Part shown: piece after piece, positions 9,717 through 19,555 of the stretch
How positions within the stretch are numbered: position 1 is the first letter of the stretch
How the letters are laid out: every line of letters begins with the position of its first letter
From: an uncultured Mycoplasma sp.
GTDB taxonomy: Bacteria; Bacillota_I; Bacilli_A; RF39; UBA660
Direction: 5' to 3'
DNA length: 64,000 nucleotides
NCBI GenBank assembly: GCA_946554525.1
Contig: CAMNSE010000006.1
Coordinates: 7,435 to 71,434, forward strand
Program-made: the position numbers and the translations under genes
Notes under the pieces: generated by a model
What the model was told of the DNA's origin: nothing
What the model saw: the letters and a program-made list of their open reading frames with translations, nothing else
Database searches by the model: none

Positions 9717-10820
9717 ATGGAAATAAACTTTTTGATAGATATTTTATTACAACAGAAACCTAGTGAAGCAATTAAAGAGAATGAAGAAACTATTTTTAGA
9801 ATTATTCCAGAATTAAAATTGTGTAAAGGGTTTAGCCAAAATAATAATTGGCATATTTATGATGTGTATGAGCATATTCTTCATGTTATAGATGGAGTAC
9901 CTAATAATATATTTTTAAGAATGGCATCTTTGTTTCATGATATTGGTAAGCCCTTAGTTTATGAAGAAGATGAAAACGGTATAGGCCATTTTTATGGTCA
10001 TTGGGAAAAATCAAAAGAAATATTTGATAAATTTGCAACTAAGCATAGAATAGATGATAGTACCAAAAGCATAATTTCTAATTTAATTTTATATCATGAT
10101 TTAAATATTGATAAAATAAGTGATGATGAATTAAAAAAATTGCTTAATATTTTTGGTAGAAATGGTATAATAATGTTGTTTCAATTAAAACGAAGTGATT
10201 TATTAGCTCAAAATGAACAATATCATTATATGTTAGAAGATTATGATAAACAAGAAGAAAGATTACTATCAAGACACAAAGTGGCTGAAGCAAATAAAGA
10301 AGGTAAAAAATCTAAAGTAATATTAGGAACAGGTAGTTACTATAGTGTAAAAAGTGGAAATACAGTTTCAATAACGGGAGATGGCGGCAATGCTTGGGGT
10401 TATTATGGCCCGGCATATAAAAAGCTTGCTCCAAGATTAATTACCTATACTCCTTATGCTGAAGCATATGAAAGACTTTTAAAAATAAAAGAAGATACTT
10501 TAAGGTTAAAAGAATATATTCGGTTAAGAAGGAAAATAGAAGATGAATATATTGCAAGTTATTATGAAACAAGATTAAAAAATTTAGATGTAGAAGAGTT
10601 ACTTTGCGCTTTAGAAAGTAAATTCGGTGATAATATAATTTTACTATGTCATGAACCGATTGATGAATTTTGCCATAGAAGATTAGTAGCTGATTTTATT
10701 GAACTTAAAACAGGAATGTATATTCCGGAAATAGCAGTAAGTAGCGACGGAATAGTAAGAAAGCTAAGCCCAATTAGATATAAAAATAGATTAAAACAAG
10801 TGATAAATAAAAGAAAGTGA
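9717..10820 (+). CDS. HD-domain phosphohydrolase fused to a C-terminal DUF488-like domain
   Basis: N-terminal H..YEHILHV...LFHDIGKP (HD motif); C-terminal LLCHEPIDEFCHRRLVADFI resembles the DUF488/YeaO signature; start at the ATG 6 nt after RBS aggtga. Confidence 0.55.
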   Translation: MEINFLIDILLQQKPSEAIKENEETIFRIIPELKLCKGFSQNNNWHIYDVYEHILHVIDGVPNNIFLRMASLFHDIGKPLVYEEDENGIGHFYGHWEKSKEIFDKFATKHRIDDSTKSIISNLILYHDLNIDKISDDELKKLLNIFGRNGIIMLFQLKRSDLLAQNEQYHYMLEDYDKQEERLLSRHKVAEANKEGKKSKVILGTGSYYSVKSGNTVSITGDGGNAWGYYGPAYKKLAPRLITYTPYAEAYERLLKIKEDTLRLKEYIRLRRKIEDEYIASYYETRLKNLDVEELLCALESKFGDNIILLCHEPIDEFCHRRLVADFIELKTGMYIPEIAVSSDGIVRKLSPIRYKNRLKQVINKRK

Positions 10821-10824
10821 TAAA

Positions 10825-11274
10825 ATGGGGACTCTATATAATGAATACCTAAATTTATTAATCGAAGGTGAAATGCCATCATTTTTAGAAAAATATCTAA
10901 CAGTTCCAAGTTTAGTTAGGCTAAAAAATGTAGGGTATTTCTGCGGAATGGACTATGCATCAAAAAACATATATAATTTTAAAGAAAAAATTTCCCGCTA
11001 CGATCATTCCTTAACAGTAGCCTTACTAATATGGAAGTTTACAAAAGATAAAAAAACAACACTAGCAGGTTTATTTCATGATATTGCTACCCCATGTTTT
11101 GCACATGTAATTGATTATATGAATAAAGACTATGAAACGCAGGAAAGTACAGAAAAATATACTGAAAAAATCATTAAAAGTGATGTAATTTTAGCAAAAT
11201 ATTTGAAAGAAGACAATATATATTCAGAAGACATAATTAACTTTAAAAAATATAGAAAAGAGGCGAAAAAATGA
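10825..11274 (+). CDS. small HD-domain protein (149 aa)
   Basis: GLFHDIATPCFAHVIDY metal-binding HD motif; stop overlaps the start of the next gene. Confidence 0.5.
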   Translation: MGTLYNEYLNLLIEGEMPSFLEKYLTVPSLVRLKNVGYFCGMDYASKNIYNFKEKISRYDHSLTVALLIWKFTKDKKTTLAGLFHDIATPCFAHVIDYMNKDYETQESTEKYTEKIIKSDVILAKYLKEDNIYSEDIINFKKYRKEAKK

Positions 11275-12293
11275 GCAATTTAGAAAACGAAAATAATTTA
11301 TTAATTTATAAAAATCAAGAAGGTAATATTATTGTTGATGCAATATATAAAGATGAAACATTATGGCTTTCACAAAAAGGAATGTCAAAAGTTTTTGACT
11401 GCAGTACTGATAATATTTCTCTACATTTAAAAAATATCTTTAGGAGTAGTGAACTCAATGAGAATTTAGTTACCGAGGAATCCTCGATAACTGCTTCAGA
11501 TGGTAAGAAATATAAAACAAAAATATACAATTTAGATGCTATAATTGCGGTCGGCTATAGAATAAATTCCAAGAAAGCAACAGAATTTAGAATATGGGCA
11601 ACAAAAATACTTAAGGAATATATGACTAAAGGATTTGCTTTAAATGATGAAAGATTTATCAAAGGGAATAAATATGACATGAAATATTTTGATGAATTAC
11701 TTGAAAGAATTAAAACAATCAGGGTAAGTGAAAGAATGTCTTATCAAAAAATTACTGACTTATTTATTGTAACATCAACTGATTATGATCCTAAGTCAGA
11801 GAGCGCTTATACTTTCTTCAAGATTGTTCAAAATAAACTCCATTATGCCATATCTGGACATACAGCAGCAGAATTAATATATAATCGTGCAAATTCAGAA
11901 AAAGAACATATGGGGCTTACAAATTGGAAGAATAGTCCTGATGGTTTAATATATAAATATGATGTATCTATTGCTAAAAATTATTTAACTGAAGAAGAAT
12001 TAAACAAATTAAATGATTTAACAAATATGTTTTTAGTATTTGCGGAAGATGAAGCCAAAGAAAGGCATATTATGACAATGCAAGATTGGATTGATGCAAC
12101 GGATGATTTATTAAAATTTAGAAGAAAAAGTGTTTTAAAACATTCAGGAAATATAAGTCATAAAGAAGCGGTAGAAAAAGCCGAAAATGAATATGAAAAG
12201 TATAGAATTATTCAAGATCAGAAATATATTTCATCTATGGATGAATTTTATAATAGGTATTTAACTGAAAATAGAAATAAGGAAGATTTATAA
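11271..12293 (+). CDS. RhuM family (DinD-like) protein
   Basis: N-terminal YKNQEGNIIVDAIYKDETLWLSQKGMSKVF is typical of the RhuM/DinD family; ~340 aa; translationally coupled on both sides. Confidence 0.7.
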   Translation: MSNLENENNLLIYKNQEGNIIVDAIYKDETLWLSQKGMSKVFDCSTDNISLHLKNIFRSSELNENLVTEESSITASDGKKYKTKIYNLDAIIAVGYRINSKKATEFRIWATKILKEYMTKGFALNDERFIKGNKYDMKYFDELLERIKTIRVSERMSYQKITDLFIVTSTDYDPKSESAYTFFKIVQNKLHYAISGHTAAELIYNRANSEKEHMGLTNWKNSPDGLIYKYDVSIAKNYLTEEELNKLNDLTNMFLVFAEDEAKERHIMTMQDWIDATDDLLKFRRKSVLKHSGNISHKEAVEKAENEYEKYRIIQDQKYISSMDEFYNRYLTENRNKEDL

Positions 12294-13015
12294 TGAAAAT
12301 TCAAAAATTTAATAGTTTGATAAAAGAATTATCTATTTGTGGCAAATGTACTAATATGAAATGTAAAAATAAATCACTCATAAATATATATAAAGATTAT
12401 GATTTTTGTATCAATATTCCTTCAATTTGGACTGATTGGTTTAATAGATTAGAATCAGATATTATGATTATAGGTCAAGATTGGGGACCTTATAGAGATA
12501 TGAAAAACTTTCACGAGCTATTAAATAAAGATAAATCTAATTGGAAAGAATTGATAGAGTCAGAAAAAAGTGCCACTAAAAAAATGCTAGAAAATTTTAT
12601 TATTGAATCTTCTAATAATAAATACACTTTAGATGATATTTATATCACAAATGCGATAATGTGTGCAAGACAAGGAACCCATTATAGAGGAGATAATATT
12701 GACTTAAAGAAGTCTACACTAAATTGTAGTGAGTATCTCTTAAAACAAATTCAAATTGTTAAACCCAAAGTGATTTTAACTTTAGGATATTATCCTTTAT
12801 TCTCTTTATCAAAAATATTTGAATTCAATATTGAAAAAACATTAAAAGAGACAGTTTTAAATTCTCCTGAAATAGAAATAGGTAACTTGATAATAATACC
12901 ATTATATCATCCAGTTGCCCAGGTGAAAAAAGATGAACAATTAAAACAATATAAAAGAATATGGAAATATATAAATTTAAAAAAAAGTAAAAAAGAAGGT
13001 GTGAAAAATGAGTAA
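12293..13015 (+). CDS. uracil-DNA glycosylase superfamily protein (family-4-like) with an N-terminal Cys cluster
   Basis: IIGQDWGPY (motif-A-like) and IIPLYHPVAQ (HPS-like motif B); weak, motif-level assignment only. Confidence 0.45.
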   Translation: MKIQKFNSLIKELSICGKCTNMKCKNKSLINIYKDYDFCINIPSIWTDWFNRLESDIMIIGQDWGPYRDMKNFHELLNKDKSNWKELIESEKSATKKMLENFIIESSNNKYTLDDIYITNAIMCARQGTHYRGDNIDLKKSTLNCSEYLLKQIQIVKPKVILTLGYYPLFSLSKIFEFNIEKTLKETVLNSPEIEIGNLIIIPLYHPVAQVKKDEQLKQYKRIWKYINLKKSKKEGVKNE

Positions 13016-13886
13016 AAATAACGATAAAGGGGGCCAAAATACAACAATCAACTGGTATCCAGGACATATGGAAAAAGCCAAAAGATTAATGAAGAAGGAA
13101 TATAACAATATTGATTTAGTTTATGAACTAATAGATGCTCGTATTCCAAAATCTTCAAAGATAAAAAATATATATGATGTAATAGGTAACAAACCTAAAA
13201 TTTTAATTATGACTAAAAAAGATTTAACTGACTCTAAAAAAATTGAAGGATGGATTAAATATTATGAAAATTTAAACACCAAAGTAGTAGTTGCTGATTT
13301 AAATAATTCAAATGATATTACAAAAATAGTTAATTTATCACATGAAATGATGGAGTCTCTTCAAAGCAAAAGAATGGAAAAAGGCTTAAACAAAAAAGAA
13401 ATTAAAGTTTTAGTTGTGGGTATTCCAAATGTAGGTAAATCAACGCTAATTAATAAACTTGCTGGAAGAAAGGTAGCTAGTGTTGGTAATAAGCCGGGAG
13501 TAACAAAAGGGCTTACATGGCTTAAAACTGATCATGGAATTATGCTACTTGATACTCCAGGAATTCTTTGGCCAAAATTAGAAGATCCAGAAATAGCACT
13601 TAATTTAGCTTCATTTTTCTCTATTCGTACAGAAATTCTAGATGTCGATGAAGTTGCATGTCATATTTTAAATAAATTAAATAAACTATATCCCGAAAAA
13701 TTAAAAGAGCGCTATGGAATTGAAAAAAATTTAAGTGGGCTTGATTTTGAAGCGGTATATGATGCTATTGGAAGAAAAATAGGGGCGATTAAAAATGGTG
13801 AAGTAGACTACGAAAGGGTCAGTAATCGCATTATTAATGATATTAAAGATGAATATATAAAGGGGATTTTATTTGATGAAGTCTAA
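13008..13886 (+). CDS. rbgA: ribosome biogenesis GTPase A (YlqF/RbgA)
   Basis: INWYPGHMEKAKR...; circularly permuted GTPase with GIPNVGKST; conserved rbgA-rnhB pairing. Confidence 0.85.
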   Translation: MSKNNDKGGQNTTINWYPGHMEKAKRLMKKEYNNIDLVYELIDARIPKSSKIKNIYDVIGNKPKILIMTKKDLTDSKKIEGWIKYYENLNTKVVVADLNNSNDITKIVNLSHEMMESLQSKRMEKGLNKKEIKVLVVGIPNVGKSTLINKLAGRKVASVGNKPGVTKGLTWLKTDHGIMLLDTPGILWPKLEDPEIALNLASFFSIRTEILDVDEVACHILNKLNKLYPEKLKERYGIEKNLSGLDFEAVYDAIGRKIGAIKNGEVDYERVSNRIINDIKDEYIKGILFDEV

Positions 13887-14505
13887 AGTAGATTTACTTA
13901 AATATGAACGCGAATTATATGACAAGAATATTACATTAATTGCAGGAGTAGATGAGGCAGGGCGTGGACCTTTATGTGGACCAGTTGTAGCTGCAGCGGT
14001 TATTCTTCCTAAAAATTATCATTTAGAAGGTTTAAACGATTCCAAACAATTAAGCGAAAAAAAAAGAGAAGCATTTTATGAAATTTTGAAAAAAGAAGCA
14101 CTTAGCATTGGAGTAGGAATTGTAAGTGCTAAAGAAATAGATGAAATAAATATTTTAGAAGCATCCCGTAAAGCAATGTATATTGCACTAGGTAATTTAG
14201 ATATTACACCAAAGTATATTTTAAGTGACGCTATGAAACTTGATGATATTAATATTCCCTATACATCTATTATTCATGGTGATGCACTTTCTTTATCTAT
14301 TGCTGCTGCAAGTGTGGTTGCCAAAGTAACAAGAGATCATATTATGATGGAGCTTGATCGCAAGCATCCTGAATATAATATCAAAAAACATAAAGGATAT
14401 CCTACAAAAGAACATTTAGAATTAATAGAAAAGTATGGCATCTTTGAAGAGTATCGCATGTCTTATAAACCAGTAAAAAAAATATTTGAGGAGTCAAAAA
14501 AATAA
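13873..14505 (+). CDS. rnhB: ribonuclease HII
   Basis: LIAGVDEAGRGPLCGPVVAAAV active-site motif. Confidence 0.9.
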   Translation: MMKSKVDLLKYERELYDKNITLIAGVDEAGRGPLCGPVVAAAVILPKNYHLEGLNDSKQLSEKKREAFYEILKKEALSIGVGIVSAKEIDEINILEASRKAMYIALGNLDITPKYILSDAMKLDDINIPYTSIIHGDALSLSIAAASVVAKVTRDHIMMELDRKHPEYNIKKHKGYPTKEHLELIEKYGIFEEYRMSYKPVKKIFEESKK

Positions 14506-14600
14506 AAAGTCTTGCAATTTATATATAAGTTAGTTTAAAATGGTACTTGAGTAGTTTTCTGCTCGTATGCTAAGCTAGAATAAGTGGAAAGGAAATAATA

Positions 14601-16625
14601 ATGAGTAAATTAGTAATTGTAGAATCACCTGCAAAAAGTAAAACAATTGAAAAATATTTAGGTAGTGATTATAAAGTTGTATCAAGCAAAGGACACATTA
14701 GAGACCTTGCAACAACTGGAAAATATGGTCTTGGAATTGATATAGAAAATGATTTTACACCGAGCTATATTCCAATAAAAGGAAAAAATAAAGACATTGC
14801 ATCCCTAAAGAAAATGGCTAAAGAAGCCGATAAAGTAATACTTGCAACAGATCCAGACCGTGAAGGGGAAGCAATTTCATGGCATTTATATGATGTTTTA
14901 AAACCTAGTGAAGATTATGAACGGGTAGTATTTAATGAAATAACAAAAGATGTTGTAAAAGAAGCAATGAATCATCCAAGAAAAATAGATATGGATTTAG
15001 TAAAAAGCCAAGAGACTAGAAGAATGTTAGACCGTATTATTGGTTTTCGTTTAAGCAAATTAATGCAAAGAAAAACCGGTGGCAAAAGTGCCGGTAGAGT
15101 ACAAAGTGTTGCCCTAAAATTAATTGTTGATCGCGAACGAGAAATAGAGGCATTTGTGCCAGAAGAATATTGGACTATTGAAGCTGATTTTAAAGACTTC
15201 AAAGCAAGCCTAGAGAAATATCATAATAAAAAAATAGAACTTCATAGTGAATCTGAAGCTGATGAAGTATTAAATAATTTATCAAAATCATTTAAAATTG
15301 CTGGTGTTGAAGAAAAAGAAAAAATAAAGAAACCAAAAGATCCCTTTAGAACTTCAACTCTTCAACAAATGGCCGCAAATCGTCTTAATTTTTCTTCAAG
15401 TAAAACTATGCAAATTGCTCAAAAGCTATATGAAGGTATGAATATTGGTAGAGAAACTGTCGGTTTAATTACATATATGCGTACTGATTCAACACGATTA
15501 AGTGAAGTTTTTGTAAATGATACAAAAGGTTATATTAAAGGAAAATTTGGAGAAGAATATGTAGGAAGCATCAAAGCATCTAAAGAGCCAAAAGGAGCTC
15601 AAGATGCTCATGAAGCAATTAGGCCTACGAGTATTATGAGAACGCCAGAGTCAATAAAAGAATATCTAAGTACAGATGAATATAAACTATATCGCTTAAT
15701 TTATATTCGGTCTTTAGCTTACTTAATGAGTAGTGCCAAAACACTTGCGACTACAGTTGATTTAGAAAATAATGGTTATTTATTTAAAGCAACAGGTAGT
15801 GTTTTGAAATTTGACGGTTATTTAAAAGTTTATAGTGAATATGAAGATAGTGAAGATATAGTATTACCTGACTTTAAAAATTATAAGAGCGATGTTATAG
15901 TAGCTGATAAAATTGAAAAATTTCAACATTTTACAAAACCCGCAGCAAGATATACTGAAGCATCTTTAATTAAAGAAATGGAAAGCTTAGGAATAGGAAG
16001 GCCTAGTACATATGCAACGATTATGAAAACAATTAAAGATCGTGGATATGTAACAATTGAAGATAAAAAGTTTTATCCAACAGATATTGGATTTGAGACA
16101 ACTGATAAATTACAAGAATTCTTTAGTGGGATTGTAAATGTTGAATATACAGCTAATATGGAAAGTGATTTAGATAAAATTGCTGAGCAAGAAGTAGATA
16201 ATATTAAAGTATTAAAAAAATTCTATGATGAATTTGCTCCTCTTGTAGAAAAAGCGTTCCATGAAATGGAAAAGAAAGAACCTGAAAAAGTTGGTGAGTC
16301 TTGTCCAGAATGTGGAAGTGAATTAGTTATACGTAAGGGTAAGTATGGAGAATTTGTAGCTTGTAGTAATTATCCAACATGTAAATATATTAAAAAAGAA
16401 GAAAAGAAATCCGAAGAAGTAGTTGCAAAATGCCCTAAATGTAATGGGAATATTGTTTCAAGACATACTAAAAAAGGAAAAGTATTCTATGGATGCGGAA
16501 ACTATCCAAAATGTAATTATGCAACGTGGTATGAACCGATTGGAGAAACATGCCCAAATTGTGGCAATTTACTTGTTAATAAAAATAAAACAATTACATG
16601 TGAAGAGTGTGGTTATACCAAATAA
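14601..16625 (+). CDS. topA: DNA topoisomerase I with three C-terminal zinc-ribbon fingers
   Basis: Toprim domain (MSKLVIVESPAKSKTIEKYLG) and active-site Tyr region; CPECG/CPKCNG/CPNCG fingers. Confidence 0.95.
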   Translation: MSKLVIVESPAKSKTIEKYLGSDYKVVSSKGHIRDLATTGKYGLGIDIENDFTPSYIPIKGKNKDIASLKKMAKEADKVILATDPDREGEAISWHLYDVLKPSEDYERVVFNEITKDVVKEAMNHPRKIDMDLVKSQETRRMLDRIIGFRLSKLMQRKTGGKSAGRVQSVALKLIVDREREIEAFVPEEYWTIEADFKDFKASLEKYHNKKIELHSESEADEVLNNLSKSFKIAGVEEKEKIKKPKDPFRTSTLQQMAANRLNFSSSKTMQIAQKLYEGMNIGRETVGLITYMRTDSTRLSEVFVNDTKGYIKGKFGEEYVGSIKASKEPKGAQDAHEAIRPTSIMRTPESIKEYLSTDEYKLYRLIYIRSLAYLMSSAKTLATTVDLENNGYLFKATGSVLKFDGYLKVYSEYEDSEDIVLPDFKNYKSDVIVADKIEKFQHFTKPAARYTEASLIKEMESLGIGRPSTYATIMKTIKDRGYVTIEDKKFYPTDIGFETTDKLQEFFSGIVNVEYTANMESDLDKIAEQEVDNIKVLKKFYDEFAPLVEKAFHEMEKKEPEKVGESCPECGSELVIRKGKYGEFVACSNYPTCKYIKKEEKKSEEVVAKCPKCNGNIVSRHTKKGKVFYGCGNYPKCNYATWYEPIGETCPNCGNLLVNKNKTITCEECGYTK

Positions 16626-16708
16626 CTACACTTTTTTAATCTAGTAATAAACTTATTTTAGTGCTATAATAAAAGCACCACAGCCAAGTATTAATGAAAG
16701 GAAAAAAT

Positions 16709-17608
16709 ATGAGTATATTAAAGGTAGAAAACTTAAATAAAAAATTTGGTAAAAAACAGATTTTAAAAGATGTATCGTTTGAAATTAACGAAGGAGATAT
16801 ATTAGCTTTTATTGGCCCTAATGGTTCTGGTAAAACTACAACTATTAAATGTATTTTAGGCTTACAAAAAGCAAACAGTGGAGTAGTAACGATTAATGGA
16901 TTTGACATAAAAAAAGATTTTGTAAAAGCAATTTCAAGAGTTGGATGTATTGTAGAGTCACCAGATGTTTATATGTATTTATCTGGAATGGATAATTTAA
17001 AAATGCAAGCAAATCTTTATAAAGATGTAAGTGAAGAGAGACTTAAACAAGTAATTAAACTTGTAGGATTAGAGCAAAGAATTAATGATAAAGTAAGTAA
17101 ATATTCGCTAGGAATGAGACAAAGACTTGGAATAGCAATATCCTTAATAAATTATCCAAATTTATTAATTTTAGATGAACCAACAAATGGACTAGATCCA
17201 GAAGGAATAAAAGAGTTAAGAGATTTATTAAAAAGTCTTGCGCGAGAAAAAGTTGGTATTTTAATATCTAGTCATAACTTAAGTGAATTAGAAAGTTTTT
17301 GTAATAAAGTATTAATTATATCTGATGGGAGAATAATTGAAGAAAATACGATTGAAGAAATTAAAGGAGTAGATAATAATAAATACACTATTAAAGTAAA
17401 TGATACTAAAAAAGCAAAGAAATTATTAGATAAACAAGATGAGATAATAGATGATCAATATTTAGTTGTAATAAAAGATGAAAATGGTATTGCTGATTTT
17501 ATTAAACAACTTGTTGAAAATAAAATCAGCATATATGAAGTAAAAAAAGAACAAGTTACCTTAGAAGAAGCATTTATTACAAAGGCTAGAGGTGAAAAAC
17601 ATGATTAA
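16709..17608 (+). CDS. ABC transporter ATP-binding protein
   Basis: Walker A GPNGSGKTT, signature LSLGMRQRL, Walker B LLILDEPTNGLD; start at MSILK after RBS aaaggaaaa. Confidence 0.85.
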   Translation: MSILKVENLNKKFGKKQILKDVSFEINEGDILAFIGPNGSGKTTTIKCILGLQKANSGVVTINGFDIKKDFVKAISRVGCIVESPDVYMYLSGMDNLKMQANLYKDVSEERLKQVIKLVGLEQRINDKVSKYSLGMRQRLGIAISLINYPNLLILDEPTNGLDPEGIKELRDLLKSLAREKVGILISSHNLSELESFCNKVLIISDGRIIEENTIEEIKGVDNNKYTIKVNDTKKAKKLLDKQDEIIDDQYLVVIKDENGIADFIKQLVENKISIYEVKKEQVTLEEAFITKARGEKHD

Positions 17609-18989
17609 ACTAATTAAAAACGAATTAAAAAAAATATTTTCTAAGAAAAGCTTTTATATTATAACTCTAATATTTATTTTATTTACGATTCTTACTAATG
17701 TTATTTATAAAGACATGGGTGATTTTAGTTATTCAAGCGAGGTATCTATAGATGAGATAAAAGAAGAAAATAAACTTCTTGATCCAAAAAATCCAGATGA
17801 AGTGTATATTTATATAAATAATTTAAGTGAAATACAAGCATATGAATTAAAAGAAAAATATTCTAGTTCTAATCAAGAGTATTTAATAGATACTTACTAT
17901 CATGATGAGTTATATGACTATAATCAAGCTAAATATATTGATAAAAAGAATATAAAAGAGAAAGAGGCTAAATTAAATAATTTATTGGAAAAAATTGAAA
18001 AAGAAGATTGGAAATATTTTGTTAATCTTGATTTAGAAACAATAGAGAAAAGTCCTGTCTATGATCAAAATGCTAAAATAAGGAATGAATATTATATTTC
18101 TTTAAAAAAATATCGTTTAGATAATAATATTAATTTTGATAAAGACAATTTTCTAAATATAGCATTATTAGATGTTGAAGCAAATTTGTATGAATATCTA
18201 AACTTAAAAAATAAAGACAAATTAACTTCTTTAGAAGAAAGTTCATTTAAAAATCTTCAAGAAGATATGATAACCAATAAATACATTTTAGAAGAAAAGT
18301 TAGATTTAAATGCAAGGGACACATTAAGAGGGGTTCTAATCAATTTTAGCGCGGAATTTGGATTATTTATTTTAATCTATGTAATTTTAATTAGCTCATC
18401 AATGTTAAGTGAAGAATTTAATAAAGGCACTATTAAGTATTTGCTTACTAAACCCTATAAAAGAAGTTCTATTTTAACATCAAAGCTTCTTGCAATGCTT
18501 ATATTATTGCCAATTATTTTAATTATGATGCTATTAATTGAATTTATTGTTGGAGGGTTAGTATTTGGCTTTAATTCTCTTAGTATTCCAATGACTATTT
18601 ATGAGTCAGCAAGTGCTTCTTTAAAAGTAATGCCACTACTTAATTATGTGATTAAATCACTAATACTAATTTTACCGATGTACTTAGTTATTTTAATATT
18701 TAGCTTTATGATCAGTACTATTACAGCTTCTACATCAGCTGCGTGTACTTTATCATTTATGCTATATTTAGTTGGAGGAGTTATTTCAAATATAGCTATT
18801 ACGCATTCTTATAAAATTTTTAAATTATTTGTATCACTATATTGGGATTTTAGTTACTTAGTAAAAGGAGCGGCTAATCCATATAATGTAAGTACAGTTT
18901 TATCTTTACTAGTAGTGTTTTTGTATATTGGAATTATGTTGTGTATAACATACGTATATTTTAGTAGAAAAGACGTAAAAAATATTTAG
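17592..18989 (+). CDS. ABC-2 type transporter permease with a large extracytoplasmic N-terminal domain
   Basis: N-terminal TM helix, ~230-aa hydrophilic domain, then 5 TM segments; 17-bp overlap with the ATPase gene. Confidence 0.6.
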   Translation: MKNMIKLIKNELKKIFSKKSFYIITLIFILFTILTNVIYKDMGDFSYSSEVSIDEIKEENKLLDPKNPDEVYIYINNLSEIQAYELKEKYSSSNQEYLIDTYYHDELYDYNQAKYIDKKNIKEKEAKLNNLLEKIEKEDWKYFVNLDLETIEKSPVYDQNAKIRNEYYISLKKYRLDNNINFDKDNFLNIALLDVEANLYEYLNLKNKDKLTSLEESSFKNLQEDMITNKYILEEKLDLNARDTLRGVLINFSAEFGLFILIYVILISSSMLSEEFNKGTIKYLLTKPYKRSSILTSKLLAMLILLPIILIMMLLIEFIVGGLVFGFNSLSIPMTIYESASASLKVMPLLNYVIKSLILILPMYLVILIFSFMISTITASTSAACTLSFMLYLVGGVISNIAITHSYKIFKLFVSLYWDFSYLVKGAANPYNVSTVLSLLVVFLYIGIMLCITYVYFSRKDVKNI

Positions 18990-19008
18990 AAGAAAGCATA
19001 TTATTTAA

Positions 19009-19383
19009 TTAAATTATGTCTACATTTTCATTTGAAGTACTGCGATTTATTTCTAACCATAATGCAAAAACTGTGCCTACTAAAAATAATAAAAATGCAA
19101 TTAAAGAAGCCTGAAGAGTAATGACTTCTTTTTTTGTTGCGTTTTTTCTTAATTGATGAATATCCTCATAATTAATTATGACAAAATATAAATAAATAAA
19201 AAAAACAACTATTAATACAGTAATATTAATTAATCTAAAATTTTTTTGATCTTGAGGGTTTCGTTTCAATATATAGTTGCGTTCAAAATTATTTGATATC
19301 AGAGCGGCTATAACTATAAAAAAATAAATCACCCAAATAAAATCTTCTTGATTAATCCTTTGTAATTTTACTCCAATATTCAT
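19009..19383 (-). CDS. small integral membrane protein (124 aa, 3-4 TM)
   Basis: Only plausible minus-strand ORF in this stretch; hydrophobic segments; convergent with the ABC operon. Confidence 0.45.
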   Translation of the reverse strand: MNIGVKLQRINQEDFIWVIYFFIVIAALISNNFERNYILKRNPQDQKNFRLINITVLIVVFFIYLYFVIINYEDIHQLRKNATKKEVITLQASLIAFLLFLVGTVFALWLEINRSTSNENVDII

Positions 19384-19483
19384 AATAAATTATATGTAAA
19401 TAAAGAAAAAAGAATTATTCTCTTATTTAATATTGAATTTTTTTAATTTATATTTAAAAATTTGTAAAATTAGCAGTTATATA

Positions 19484-19512
19484 TTGACAAGTGCTAAACA
19501 TAATATTATAAT
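19484..19512 (+). promoter_or_regulatory. sigma-A promoter of the hrcA operon (-35 TTGACA, 17-nt spacer, -10 TATAAT)
   Basis: Perfect consensus hexamers read from the sequence. Confidence 0.7.
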
Positions 19513-19516
19513 GATA

Positions 19517-19543
19517 TTAGCACTGAAGAATATGTAGTGCTAA
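19517..19543 (+). promoter_or_regulatory. CIRCE operator (HrcA binding site)
   Basis: TTAGCACTG-N9-TAGTGCTAA against consensus TTAGCACTC-N9-GAGTGCTAA, immediately upstream of hrcA. Confidence 0.9.
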
Positions 19544-19555
19544 TTGGGTGATATC

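Noticed and set aside
10790-10830. Apparent one-base disagreement between my hand count and the ORF-track coordinates around the end of the HD-DUF488 gene
   Set aside because: This is almost certainly my own reading error. The ORF-track coordinates were used, and no frameshift or pseudogene is claimed.
16423-16644. 73-aa + strand ORF overlapping the topA zinc-finger region in another frame
   Set aside because: It is out of frame and nested in the conserved topA C-terminus.
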